Positions 1 through 13,800 of a stretch of 64,000 bases of DNA are shown here, in pieces. The notes under the pieces are model-generated. The model was not told the origin of the DNA. It made no database searches and was given only the letters and a program-made list of their open reading frames with translations. Location of the stretch: positions 17,238,001 to 17,302,000 of the forward strand of contig OZ076409.1 of the NCBI GenBank assembly GCA_964187785.1, given 5' to 3'. The position numbers were made by a program, and so were the translations under genes. Origin of the DNA: Amphiscolops sp. MND2022 (taxonomy: Eukaryota). How positions within the stretch are numbered: position 1 is the first letter of the stretch; each line of letters begins with the position of its first letter.

Positions 1-2520
1 AATGCTTCTGTAGTTTTTGAAACAGCACCTATTTTTGTGGACTTCAAATAACGACTTTTGGTTGTTGGATTTTTTGTTAAAATATAAATGTTTGAAACTT
101 AGTTTAGTCACATTAGAGAAATTCCTTGAACAAGACGCCCGCTGAGCAGCGAGATAATTTCCACCCCCAAACTGTTCTACAACTAAATAAACTTGAGGCT
201 CAAGAATAGCCTATGCAATACAAAATCAGGAAGTTCGAAGCAAGGAAAGCTTTGATTCATTTGGTCAAAGAGTACCCCCTTGCTTTGATAGCTGATTTCG
301 GCTTGAGAAAGTAGTGTTGTGAGCTGAAATCGTTTCACCATCATAGAACTTTACCGGAAAAATCAAAAAATGGATTTTTGTGATTCCTGTTGGGCAAAAA
401 GTGGTTACCTAATGTCAGGCGTATGTCTTGAGGTATGTTTTGGCACTGAGAAAATGTTAAATTTTCCTGTTGGGCAAAAAGTGGTTACCTAATGTCAGGC
501 GTATGTCTTGAGGTAAGTTTTGGCACTTAGAAAATGTTAAAAGCTTGAAACTAGGTCCTTTGCAAATGTAGGAAAGTTGAGCGATCCCAGTTTGTTATAA
601 TATTGCACATAGTTTCACCAGAAGTGTCAAAAGTTGGAAATAGTTTTGACAAGCTTGGGGTCAATTTGAGGAACTTTTCTAACATGAATCTACAGATGTC
701 TCTTCAAAATTACGCCAACTGGACGCCGAGTTTAGCTGTCGTTGAATGTCTACACCTTTACACCATTCTAACTCACGAAGTAGGTCGAAACATCTTCCTT
801 TGGAAGGTGTACTCCATATCTAGTGATTTTGCTTGGAGGTTTTTGAATATTAAATATCGGGTAAATGAGGTCGAAATTTACGTTTTCGAGTAAAGTTTTT
901 GAAAGTTGGGCAAATAAACTTGTCTGATATTTTTTCAGAACACTGCCCGTAGCTACACGTTTCAATCATGAGCCTATGGTGTTTCTGATTGAACTAAATT
1001 TTCGGAAAGGTCCAAAATTGGGACTATGTTGTTGAAAATGAAAGTTCGGAAACTTTGACACCTTTGTTGTAAACTAAATGAACTTCATCCCACTTTTTCC
1101 CCAATTGCGTTTTGGATACCCTATTGTTTTAACTTTCAGGTCATTGGAAATTCTATTCTTCAAAAACTTTTGTGGTTTGAACAGAAATTGTGATTAGTTT
1201 GTCAAACAACGTGCTTTTTTGTTGTTTCATGTATTTTTGGGTGTTTTTAGGCCAATTCCAACAATCATGCAGTTATCTCTTCAAAATTGCCTACTGGAGA
1301 TTCCCGGATGATTAGTCATTGTTGAGTTATTTAAACCATTTTATGCAAGAAAGTAGCTCAAAACTTGTACAAAAAACTGCCTGAAATTGTAGTTTCAGTT
1401 TTTCCAATATTTTGTTCATTCTGAGGAATCTTTCGACCATAAATTAGGCTTTTTTTGAAAAAACGTGCTTCTGACTTAGTTTTGTAATCTGGAGCTTTTT
1501 GAAGCTTTTGTTTCACCGAAACGTTCCAATCTCAAAAAAAATTCCCTGAAAATGTCGGAAATCGATACAAATTTCGATATTTTCGACTTTTTGCGGTCAA
1601 TTTTGAGCCATTCTCCAACCGAAGTCTACAAATATTCCATTGAAAGCCTACTGGATTATCAGTTCAGTCTTTGTTGAATGTTTGCCATTTTTTTTAACTC
1701 CAAAACGATTCAAAAAGAAAACAAGATGCACAAAAACGAAGATGTTGAAATTTTTCGACTCCTTTGGAGTCATTCTGAAGTGTTTTTGAAGCAAAACGCT
1801 GCAACGTTTTCTTCAAAAAAATGTAATGCAAAGCTCGTTCTTTTGTTGTTGAGTTGATTTTGTTGGAACTTAGAACGAACTCTCTGGGAAAAGTACAGCA
1901 ATTGCAGCAAAAACGTCAAAACTTCGAATTTTTTGACAGTTCAGGGTCAATTTGAGGCATTTTTCTTTAGGAAAATGCAATAAACTCTTCGGAAAAGCCT
2001 ACTGGGCAACACATTCTTTCGTTGTTGACACTTTTCAACGTTCCAAACCACAAAGTCCGTCGAAAATTTGGAAAAAAATACATATAAACTTTTGAAAATT
2101 GGAAAACTGGAAAATTTTAAATTTTTTGACTTTTCGGTGTCAATTTGAGATTTTTTCAGATGGAAATCAGCAATTATCTCCGGAAACGCCTACTGGACAA
2201 CGAATTTTGTGCCATGTTGAGCATTTTCGACATTCTAATCCACGAAGTCTATCGAAAATTTGACAAAAATTGCATAAAAACGTTAAAAATAGGGAAAGTT
2301 TTTGGTTTTTTGTTATTTATGGGTCTATCTTTCCAAAAAACCGCATTTATCTCTTCATAAACGACTACTGGACAACAAATTCTTACCTTGTTGGACCTTT
2401 CCAACTATCTAATCTACGGCATCTATTGAAAAATTGCAATAAAACGTAAAAGTAAAAAAATTGATAGTTTTTGCAGTTTTTACTATTTTTGGGGTCAACT
2501 AAAGAAGTCCAGAAATCTCC
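1..2520. repeat. Long degenerate interspersed repeat (family C) with internal ~170-190-bp subunits
   Basis: Recurring (a/c)gcctactgg motif near 713, 1289, 1645, 1996, 2187, 2362; segments such as aacaagacgccc and ttgaggctcaaga recur at 44595-44680; near-exact 80-bp tandem duplication at 384-543. Confidence 0.6.
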
Positions 2521-2738
2521 ACACTTACAAATCGCACGAAGCTAAGTTTATGTGAGTTGAATTCAATGGGTAACACCCTTAAAGTTAAATATAAATTTGG
2601 TACTTGGGAAATTTTGTAAAAAAAACAACCCGTTTGATTTTAAATATGAAATATGGGCGGAAAATAAATTGTATGTCTTTGAGATCTCATTTGGTGAAGG
2701 ATTGGACGAGGGTTTATATTGTTGGTAACTCATTCTAG

Positions 2739-4335
2739 GGCCTCACAGCTCTCTTGGGTCGACTATTCTTCCAAGAGCATATAAATTTGCACGAAATGTC
2801 GGAATGGATCATCGGGCATAATTACATCGGAAGTGTGCTGAAAACGAACAATTCAGGACCCGATGGCGATGAAAGCGACTCGGAAGACTTGGAAGCTGAT
2901 CTCGATGACACAGTTTATGGTGTAACCACTGTCATCAGTTTGAAATCTCCGAATGGTATATATTTCATGAATTGGAAGAAACTTATTAAACTATGTAATG
3001 AATAATTTTCGAGTCGCCAGTCTACATTTGAAAAAAAATTCGGTTGAAGAGAGTATAATTTCCGCCTGTGAGATTCTCGAAGCTTTGACCCCTTTTGTTT
3101 GACTCCTTACTGATTTTTAGGAATTAGACTCCTGACCTCTCGGTTCCGACGAATGTGAAATAATTTTGTGCTGGAATCCACTAAAATTGGCCTAGAAAAA
3201 AATCAATTTCTGGTATTTTGCTAATCAATTTAACCATTTGATTTGACTCCAAGCATGAAAAGATACATGCCGCAGATTTTTTCCGGAAAGGAAAATGAGA
3301 GCGCAATGAAAAGCTCATCTTGAATTCCACTTCAGTGCGACTCACATTGCCCTGGAAACTCACATTGCTGGTGTGTAAAGGGGTTATCATGATTCACGAT
3401 TAAGCTGCTTGTGTTATTCAAATACTATATTTAATCATGTGTTAAATGCGGCTTATATCTAATTAGGTTGGTATATGTTGAAATCATTGGTATACTGCTT
3501 TTCACATTGTATGCCTTCAACGCGTGTGTACAATACTGCCGAAGTCGGGAAAAATTTGAGGTGAAGATTAATTACGGACCTATTAGAAAAAGTATTGGCA
3601 TTCATTATCTGTCTCTCCCAGTGTATTATTTCCTAATTTTTGAAAATTATGGTGTAGTTTGAGAAACAAAAAATCGACGGTCATGTTCCATCAAACGTAT
3701 AATTTTTGTATCACCGCCCGAAACTAAACCTAATTGATTTAAAATAGTTTGCTATTGTTGTTTCAGGACCACAGAAAAACTTCAAAAAACAGCTTTTGGA
3801 ATATTTGGAAAAGAACCTCAAAAATGGCCCTGTCATGGATATTTTGAACAACTCCTCAAATTCAGTGGGTCTTATTTTAACGGAACGCTTTGTTAATATC
3901 CCACCGTTGCTAGCTCCCCCAATGCTGAAGTGTCTCAATAAAGAAATCGAGAGTGCAATCAAGAAAAAGATGCCTTACAATTTTACCCACTACATGATCA
4001 TTTCAAAATCGTATGATGTGTCTGCTGCCCAGGATTCCGGTAAGAAGAAGGCTTCCATAAGCACGGACGGCTTGCCACCTTGTTTGGAGTTTATAAACCC
4101 CGAAGATGAAATTTTCCAGCAGTACGCTGATGTAGTTGTTAGTTTCCCCTCTAAAAGCGAGGACCTCGTGACCGGCTCTTGGGGTCCGAAGGACAAGTCC
4201 ATGCCTCAATACAGAACAGTGCTGCTGCTCAGTAAAGCCAAATTCAAATCTGCTGTCGCCAACATCTGTTCTGTCTTTACTGTAGAAAATATGATGTCTT
4301 TAATGGCCGCCAATGGATCAGCTACATCTCAGTGA
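2739..4335 (+). CDS. BCCIP: BCCIP/Bcp1 family protein, last two exons (2739-2955, 3767-4335); 5' exon(s) not found in window
   Basis: Translation GLTALLGRLFFQEHINL...YIGSVLK...VYGVTTVISL and VGLILTERFVNIPPLLAPPM...FTHYMIISK...FINPEDEIF match BCCIP motifs; acceptors ttctag|2739 and tttcag|3767, donor g|gtatat at 2956, phases compatible. Confidence 0.9.
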
Positions 4336-4844
4336 CGTCGTTTTTCCTGAATTTTTGAGAGATGGAGATATTTTCTTGTACAGTTGAATTTTCATAAACT
4401 TGTTTTCTCTGATATTCAACGGATGAAATTGTGAGACCGAAGTTCGCATTTGCTTTCTCAGACCTTGAAAATCATGAAGGTCGCAAGAGCAAAGCGCATT
4501 ATAAATTCGCAAAATGAAAATCAGCCCAGTTTCTTTTTCCACTCGGTTCGGGTTCGAGAATTCATCCATTTGATGTTTTTGTGGACATCCCGATTTGTTC
4601 GTCGAATTACCGCGGTTTTATAAACAACTTTTATCATCGAGTGATGTTTATTGATGTAGTGATGCTTTCATTTTCTATTGATGCTACTTTCATTTAAGTT
4701 CTAGACCGACGTGTTCTTACAATTGTTTTTTGCTCGTAATCAGTTATCATTTAAATACTGTTTTTGCATTGTTTTATGCCCGGCCAGATATCAATTTAGT
4801 TGCTAGAGTTAATTGTTGACTTCAGGGGATGTGATGATGTAGTA

Positions 4845-7800
4845 ATGGAAGAAAGTCCAACATATACAGACCTTGACGCTGAGTCGTCTCGCAAGTATAC
4901 GAACCTGGACTCCTTCGAAACAGCTAGAGCTCCCCACGGTCAACAGTACCCCCAGATGACGGCTCCCACGGGTACTTCTCAGCCTTCTAGTTACCATTAC
5001 GGAACGGGTCCTGGTGCTCCTTACCAACCACCAGGAAATAGTCACTTGGATTCCTCTTCCTATTACAACAATGGCATGATGTCAGTTCCCAGATACCCCA
5101 GTCATGGGGCACCCAGTTCCGCTATTCCATTTCAGCCGCAATCGGGTGCAACAAACCCAAGTTTTGGATACCCCACAGAACACGGACCCACCCCGTTTCA
5201 AAATCCACCTCAAAGTCAATATCCCATGCCTGCTATGGGAATGCCTGGTACCCAGCAGCCGCCTCAGCAGTACCCGCCAAATGTTAATCATCAATATTTA
5301 TCGCAGTTGCATAGTGAAATTGAGTACTATAAAAATGAGATCAATAAAATGTATGTCATGCCCCCTTCTCAAGACCTAGCTGCGAAAATCCGCGACTTCC
5401 AAAACCGCGTGTCATATCTAGAGGATAAAAAACACTATTTATCAATGAATGCGTCTCAAGCTCCTTTGCCGTCTTACAACCATGGAACCCCAACACCTCA
5501 GAATATACCCCCTCATGATCCTAGAATGAGCTATCCTTCACATGATACTCCGAGCTACAATAATGTTCAAGATTACCGAAATCAGTGTGCATATCCTCCT
5601 TCGAACCCCACTTACCCCATGTACGACAAAGCGTCTGGTCAGCCACCCGCTAGCTATCAACAACCCTATGGCAGTTATCCGGGCCATCCGCCAGGACAAC
5701 CTGTTGGTTCTGTTCCGATTCGACCGCAAGTTCCGGTGCAGCCTCCTGGAAGCTACCCAAGTCCTAGGCCTGCCCCTGGTTACCCAAACCCTTACTCAAA
5801 CCACGTCCCATCTAATCAAACTCCTCATTACGGCTCGAATGTAATGCCTGCAGTATCTAACTCGCCCAATGTTATTGGGCATAGCGGCTATTCATACCAA
5901 GATCCTTCCCTTGCGAGTAAGAGTAGCAACCATACTGCTGTTGCTGTTAAGCAAGTACAGCCACCTGGGCAGAAACCGAGTGTAGATGGAAAGAAAACAC
6001 CGAAACCAGAAACCAATCCACCCAAGCAACAGTCACCGGCGCCTGCGGCTAACGATAGACCAAAAGTTGCGTATACTCCTCAAGCAACATCGTTTGTGTC
6101 AAGTTTTGTACAAAATGCTTTTCAGAAAACAAAAGAAAACAGTGTAATGGATCCTTGTGCAATTGTTAGTGAGCCTGTACCTATTGAGAAGGTTGCCTTT
6201 AGATCAACTAAACCAGAAGTAGTTGTTCCCGTAAGTGGATCAACTGATGATTTGACGATGGGAAATGTTTCGAAACCAGAAGATGAAGAATTATCCATTT
6301 CCAGAGCAAAACAGGAAGATTTTGCTAAACAGCTCTCAGCACCACCAGAGGCTCCAGCAGTTATGTCTCTATCTTCTGTTGCGAATGATGCTGAAGAGGA
6401 CTTGCCAAAACCAGTTGACCAGCCAAAACCTAATTTTGAAAAACCCACGGAGCGTCACGAGAGTGTGAATGATTTGGAATCTCCAGCGATAGATCAGAAT
6501 ATTGTATCTACGCAAAACGCTTCAGATCCCAAAGTACCCGATGGTGCATGTAAATCGGATAGGTTTATACAAATTGAAAACTCAGGTAATGAGGAAAAAA
6601 ATCCGCAAATCTCTCAAAACTTCGAAGAGTTCAAAGCATCAGAATCAGCAAGTCCTTCTAGTACATCACCAGCAATACCAACGAAGTGCGTTGAAAACGC
6701 CGCGAGCAATGAAGATGTGCAAGGAAATCAACCAACAGAAAAAACATTCAGTGCAATTTCGTCTTCTTCGGCCAACGAAACTACCGAAAAAACACCACCT
6801 TCTATACCGATTCCGCCATCTTTTGACCCCTTGCCTGTGGTGGTTACTTCCACGTCCAATCAACCAGTGGCCCCAATATACCCTGGAACAACCATGTCTC
6901 AGACTGGCACTCCTTTGGTACCTGTTCATGTAGCTCCTCCCTTGCAATCGAGAGCCCCTGTTCCTACAATGTACCATCAGCCTGGCTTTAACCCTGGTGC
7001 TCAACCTGTCCCACAACCCTATGCTCCCCCTGGGATCCCACCAGGACCTCATATCAGGGGGCCCATGCCTCCTACAGGGCCATATTCAGGTCACTGGGTC
7101 GCCTCTTCGGGTCAAATTCACGGTTCTCCTTGGGTGACAACTACAAGTTACCCTGCGATTGCTCCCGCTGGACCTCTACCTCCTCGTCAACCGACCGGAC
7201 CTGTGGCTATTGCTCCTCGCTGTCATTTGAAAAAATCCTCGATTTCAAACAGAAGTACCCATACGCCCGATGGGAAGAGGATCAGAAAGAAGAAGAAAGA
7301 AACCGAGGAAGCTGTTCCGGATTCAACGACGTCGGAACTTGGCGAACCCATTACAAGCAGCTGTGACTCGTCATCTGTGAACGATTTGAATTTGGCCGAT
7401 CAAGGTAGTCCATACGAAGAGCCTACTAGTTCTCAAACTGACATTGGTTCTGCCTCAACGAAGACAGCCCGTAAGAAGAAAACCGATGGCACGAAAAGGC
7501 CCAAAAAAGGAAAGAAGGTGAAGGATAGCAACGAAGCCGAAGGTATTGATGTCAGCAGTGCAACTCTGAACTCGCTTGAACTGAGCTCCAGTTTTATGGA
7601 CAGCAATATGGATGCAAGTGAGCAAGAATTGCCCAGTCCTTCAAAGACAGAGAACTGTCCTGTGTCGAAAAGCTCAAATAGACGCCCTGTGAAAAAGTTA
7701 GCCACGAAAATAGGCTTGAACAAAAAGAAGCGAAAACGTTTCGACTCCAGTGACGAAGATCTAATGCCTCCTGTAGAAGCAAGTCTGATTCCCGAAGAAT

Positions 7801-10800
7801 TCGTTGAAAAACGTCGGTCAGAAAGAAACACAGGTTAGATTTTTGGTAAATTAAAGTAGGCGCATATTGTAAAGTGTACCAGACTATTACAGTGAGTAGT
7901 TTTTCTCCTTCAGATAACAGAACGTATTTGAATAGTCCACTAAGATGTAAAGTGTATCCATAGAGGCCAAAGGGTCCGCCCTTTGATACTTACATTTTAC
8001 TGGCTATAAACGAGCGAAGGGATTTTCGACACTATGCGACTTTTTCGACTTTTTCTTCATTTTATCGAAGTGTCCCCTTTTTTCGAAGATTTTTTAGTCT
8101 AAAAAGCCTGTTTTGAAGCTTATTGGAAGCAATTATTAAATCAACAAATTTTAAAAGGAAGTTAGTGAAATTGTCCTAGTTCTGGAGTGCTTAGACGTGC
8201 TTTTGATCTTTTTTGAGTTGCCTTCATTTCAGCCAAAACTCGCAGAAGCTATCTCACTGACGATGTAATCGACTACGCCTTGTTGGGCGGAAGCGATGAC
8301 GACGAGTTAAACCCATCTGTTGTGAGATCTTTTGTCGATGAAACCAGCTCTTCAAAAATCGAAGATTCAAATATGGTTGAAGAGAGTGCGAACGACACCT
8401 CAGCTACTTCGAACTCCGCCATTCAAAACCACGACTCGGTTGAAACAAGTAGTTGTTCCACCATTGCGGGCATTGAAGATGGCAACAGCAATTCTACCAC
8501 ACAGCAATCCTTCAACTCCACAAACAATGCCAACACAAACAGTGCAAAAGATGTTACTTCATCTTCGGCCTGCAACAATTCGGCCCCGCAGTTGCTAATT
8601 CCTGCCACGATAGAAAGTGATACATGTGTTGTCGAAAAGATTTTGACATCTAGAACTGTTTCTCCTAATCAGAAATTGAATGAAAAACCGGTCTTGGTGA
8701 GTAGAAATTGTGAAATGTTTGGTCCTGTCAAAGTTGTGGAAATTTCCGACAGAAGTCTGTGCTTAGCATTATTCTGCCAAAAGAGAGATTAAAATTCTGT
8801 TGAAAAGTTGAATTGTCTCATGGAATTTTCTGCAGCTGCTTAAACGTTACTGAACTCCGAAGGACCAATTTTCCAGTCTTTGGTTTTTATTTTTTTTCAA
8901 TCCACACGATTGACCAAAAAATTTTACACAAGTTTTACAAAATTTTATTATCTTGAAATTTTTACGTACATCCGAAGTAAATTGCGTTTTACTAGGAAGG
9001 AGCCGGAGGTTCGAAATTATTGCGCTAAATCCGAAGTTTTGACGTTATATCGTAAGTATATTGCGTTTTACTAGAAAGGAGGCGGAGGTCCGACTCTTAT
9101 CTGTTTCGATTCTTTGTTTCCTTCCAAAGTCGAAAAAAGCACGCTGTTTCCGAATTTTGACGTTATTTTCAAAGTAAATGATATTTTTGGTGAGAGTAAA
9201 AGCTAAAAAAGTCCTTTTAGGCCCAAAAGGGTCTCCCTTTGGGTCTTGTTCGGCGCTCTGAAATTGAAAAAAAAATCTCATTGATGCTTTGAAGTACTTT
9301 TGATCTTTTTGAGCCTTAAGCGGGACGCCGACTTATGCCGTTCCTTGCTTTTTAAATGGTAAAATCAATCGTTTTTTCGCATATGATACCTTTTACAAGC
9401 GTTGCGTATCTCTGTGGTTTATTGACTTACCGTAGAACTCGTTTATAATGAACACCAATATGCCTTCTGAATATGTTCATTATAAAAATTGTTCATTATA
9501 TGAGGATCATTTTAAAAATAGAAAGATATTAGAAAGATATTATCACTTGTTCGCTATAGAAATTATTCATTATAAAGCTGTTCATTATAGACGAGTTCTA
9601 CTGTATATAACGTTCAAAGCAAATAGGGGAGAGACTTTCTTGACTTGAGAAGAGCCAGTGTTTTCGGATTACTCCTTAGATGAGAACTTCGCCTGCATTC
9701 AATTTAGATGCAAAACGTCATCAGCACAAATCGTATAGTGCCAGATTTGAAGACGACGGTGTGTTGATTTCAGTAATTATTGGTTCTTCGAGAATTTTTG
9801 AAGTAAACCTCACTTGTAGCGTAGCATTACCTTATGTTCAATTGGACAGATTTTTTGTCCTTCATTCATGAAACAAAAAATTAAAATAATTAAAAGGTTT
9901 CGTTGGGAGTTTGAAGATTTACCTCCGGATATTTGTGTAGATTAACTGCCGAAATTATTTCTGGAAATGATAAATCAACTTTGTGGAACCTGTTAGGAAA
10001 GTTTTCGCACTTGCTGAATTTCTTCCCGATTTTATTGATATTCGTCTCATTCGAAAGTTAACCGCCTTCTGATTGATCTAATTGGAGCCAATTTTAGTCA
10101 GCTCTTTCGTAGAACGAGACGACTATAGCACTGGCTTTTAAAAAAAATTAAGACCAACGAAATGACAGATTTTATAGGCTTTATAAGCTGTAACGTATAC
10201 CGGATATAACGTTCCTTCGAGAATTTTCAAAGCTGTAAAATGTGGTAAGGAGTCTCCTTCGACAATACCACAACCCATACCGGAATTTACGAAAATAGGA
10301 TATAACGCATTCCGGATATAACGTTTTTTTTGGAGAATTTTGCAATGTTATTTCGGCTTTGAGATTTTTTTAATGTCTGCAAAGGGTCCTCCCTTCAATT
10401 TTTTCAATATTTTGCAACAAATTGGATTTTCAAAAAGCCGGAAGGGTCCCCCTTTTACAATTTTAGGCGTTGTGGGATTTTTCAAAATGATTATTTTTTG
10501 TCGTAAAGTTAGGTTTTCTCATCACGCTATATCCGATTTTTTCAAGACCGGCGTTTTTTCCATGTGACTTTTTTCTAACTTGCTTTTATCATTTTTTACC
10601 AGGAACGAAACGTTTTGCGAGCATACAGGACTCCTTATGGTTTTCGGCACTATGCGACAATTTTTCGTTTTTGAAAGTCTCCAGTTCGGGAAAAAGTTGT
10701 TTTGAGTCTTATGCTTATCCATTTGGGGTATTTTTGGCTCTGTAAAGTCGATGAAATTTTAACAAAAGTGTCCTTTCGCATATTTAAAATACTTTGCTTT

Positions 10801-13800
10801 TTTAACCTTGAGCGGCGCGCCGACATCCCGGTTTGCTAAAGTTCTTTGAGAAACGCTATATTCGAATGCAGAGATAAATGCCGTTTTGGAGTACTTCAAA
10901 CTTTCACCTAATTGACTCCTCAATTTTTTTTACAAATCAATCCGAATCCTGTGATACGGAGATTGAATTAAGTCAACCAGTACTGCTCAATTTTGGTTGG
11001 AATGGATCCGGAAGATTTATCGTTCAAAAATTGTACTTTTGAGAAATGCCTCCATTTGAGAGGAACACCCTTTTGGCTGACATAAGTTTTTTGCAAGCCT
11101 TCAATTGTCAAGAATACGGATCCTTCTGTTGTGCACAAAAGCATTTTGCCTTCAATTTTGGAGAAATTTCATGTAAAGAGAAGTCGTTTGTTGCGAACCC
11201 TGTATCGGAAGATGTCACTGATGACTCAAATACAACTTTTTGAAATTTAAATACCTTTAACGCCATAATGTACTTTCAGGCTCCTTCTGATGAAACCAAA
11301 GATAAAGAAGAAGGAAAAAAGAAAGAAGACAAAGTGGATGAAAAGGTTTCTCCCAAAATATCCAAGGATGCTCCGCCAAATGATCAAGCCCCTATCACTG
11401 AATATTTTGTAAAGTATAAGGGCTTGTCGTATCTCCATTGCGAATGGGCCACCGAAGAAATCCTCGCATCCAAAGACAAACGATTTTCTGCTAAACTCAA
11501 ACGCTTTCTGCAAGTTAGTTTCACAACTTTACGGAAGTTGTTTAATACCATTAACATGGATTCGACGTTTTCAATAGTTTTTCAGTGATCTTTATTAGCG
11601 ATTCATTCAAACTAAGCAGTGAATTCAGTTGAAATTTGAAGATTGACAAAATTTCCAATTCGTTCTCGTTTTTGCTTGTTAAAAGAGTAGAGTGGTTCCA
11701 ATAAAAGATGATCCTAAGTCGGGCTTCGAAGAAGTTTCACTTTTCAAAGTTTGACTTGGTTTTTCTGGCTGGTACGGTGGTTCAGTTATCCATTAAACTT
11801 GAGTTTCCTTTTCAAGAAGAAACTAGATTCAAGCGGGGGTACACGGGTCGAGGACTACAACGAAGAAGAGCCGTTCAACCCAGATTTTGTGGAAGTAGAT
11901 CGAGTGCTGGATTGCATGGACTCAGATGAGATGGACGAAGCCACTGGGCTTCCAAAACGCAATTTTTTGGTCAAATGGTGCTCTTTGCCTTACGAAGAAA
12001 GCACGTGGGAGCTAGAAGAAGATCTCGATGTGCAGAAGATTCAGCAATATTTCAGAGTCAATAATTACAATAAAGTAGGTGTAGTTTTACGGATTTCTTA
12101 TGCAATTAATATTTTATACTCAAGATGACTTCGTTACTCCGAGTTTCAGGAAATTGTGCCATGCTCGTTATTTTTTTTGAACGATGATGTGAAAAAGTTG
12201 CCTATTTATTTGAGCTCAACGTTTTGCTGTAATGTTAGAGTAAACTCTTTGTAATTATTTTTTTGCAAAATTTCAGGACAACACTGAGAAGGGTCTGGTT
12301 CGGCAACATCGTCCTCTTTTCAAGGAGTGGAAGAAGATGGAAGAAACGCCAGTGTTCAAAAATAACAATGAACTACGTGATTATCAACTAGAGGGTATTA
12401 ACTGGCTTCTCTACTGCTATTACAAACAAACGAACTGCATCCTAGCGGACGAAATGGGTCTGGGCAAAACTGTGCAATCAATCACCTTCCTGGAGTCTGT
12501 ATACAGACTGGGAATTAAAGGCCCCTTCCTCATAATAGCTCCCTTGTCTACTATTTTGAACTGGCAACGGGAGTTTGAAGGCTGGACCGACCAAAACTGT
12601 ATAGTCTACCACGGCTCGCAAACCAGTCGCAATATGATTCAGCAGTATGAAATGTTTCACAAGGACCCGAAAACTAAACACCCCAATAGAAAGAAGTTCA
12701 AATTCACAGCTTTAGTCACGACTTACGAAGTCCTTCTTGCCGATTGCTTGGACTTATTCCGAGAAATTGATTGGAGGGTCTGTATCATTGACGAGGCGCA
12801 TCGCCTGAAAAACAAAAAATGCAAACTCATGGATGGTCTCAATATGCTTTCTCTCGAACATGTGGTCTTGTTAACTGGAACTCCATTGCAAAATAACGTG
12901 GATGAGTTGTTTTCGCTGCTCAACTTCTTAGATCCGTTGAAGTTCAGCAACAATCACGACTTCTTGCAAGAGTTTGGAAGTTTACAAACAGAAGAACAGG
13001 TCAGTCCAAAGTACTTTTGTTGCTTCACTTGAATCGATCGAAGCTGCTGATGTAAGCGGCCATACCAATTGTATCAACGCCACCTTTCGTTCGGTGAGAA
13101 ACTCCAGGAACCATTTCAAGCGGCAACCCCAAAAACATGCAAATCACTGGAAGAAGTTTTATGTAAAGACACTTCGTTTTTGTTTGATTATGATTTTATC
13201 CGGATATGAAAGTAACGCGTCTAAACTTTTTATAATGTTGAAACGGCTCATCGGTATGACTAATGAAACTGGCTGGTCGGCATGACTAAATTAGACAATT
13301 AAGTCCAGTAAACAATGAAGCATTTAATTCAATGTTGAGTGATGTATATTGGTTGTACGACCCAAGTCTTCTTCCTCCGGGGGCGCTTCGCACCCCTTCA
13401 AGTCGGCCTTCGTCAGAATCAGCCGCGGGTCAGGAATGGTACGTCGTTCCGCTTCTCTCAGCTCTTTAAATTTAGGACACTTTAGGAAATCGCCATGTTG
13501 GTATTTTGTCCCCGTGGTATTCCATCCGCTAGTATGTTTTTTTTGGTATTTTGACCATATTGAATGATGATTAGTGTGTTTTTAGGTGAACAAAATAGCC
13601 TTATAGGAGGACAGGTTGAAGTCCTCGTATCACTTTTGTTTTCGGTTTGTAAAAATCTTTTCTAATCACGAAAGTTTCTTTTATTCTTTTCCACGCTGCC
13701 CTCGTTTATGTAAGTCAGTGTTTTTAATTATGTATTAAGAATGATATGTATGTACTTTGGTTCTGTAAAATTGATGATGGTGCGTGTTAATTTAATCATT

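Noticed and set aside
4800..4844. ORF-track start (TTG) of the 1012-aa ORF
   Set aside because: Eukaryotic gene; the first in-frame ATG is 4845 and an acceptor lies at 4825
13349..13480. GC-rich hairpin gggggcgcttcgcacccc in CHD intron 5
   Set aside because: Most likely a transposon fragment; no supporting exon or ncRNA signals
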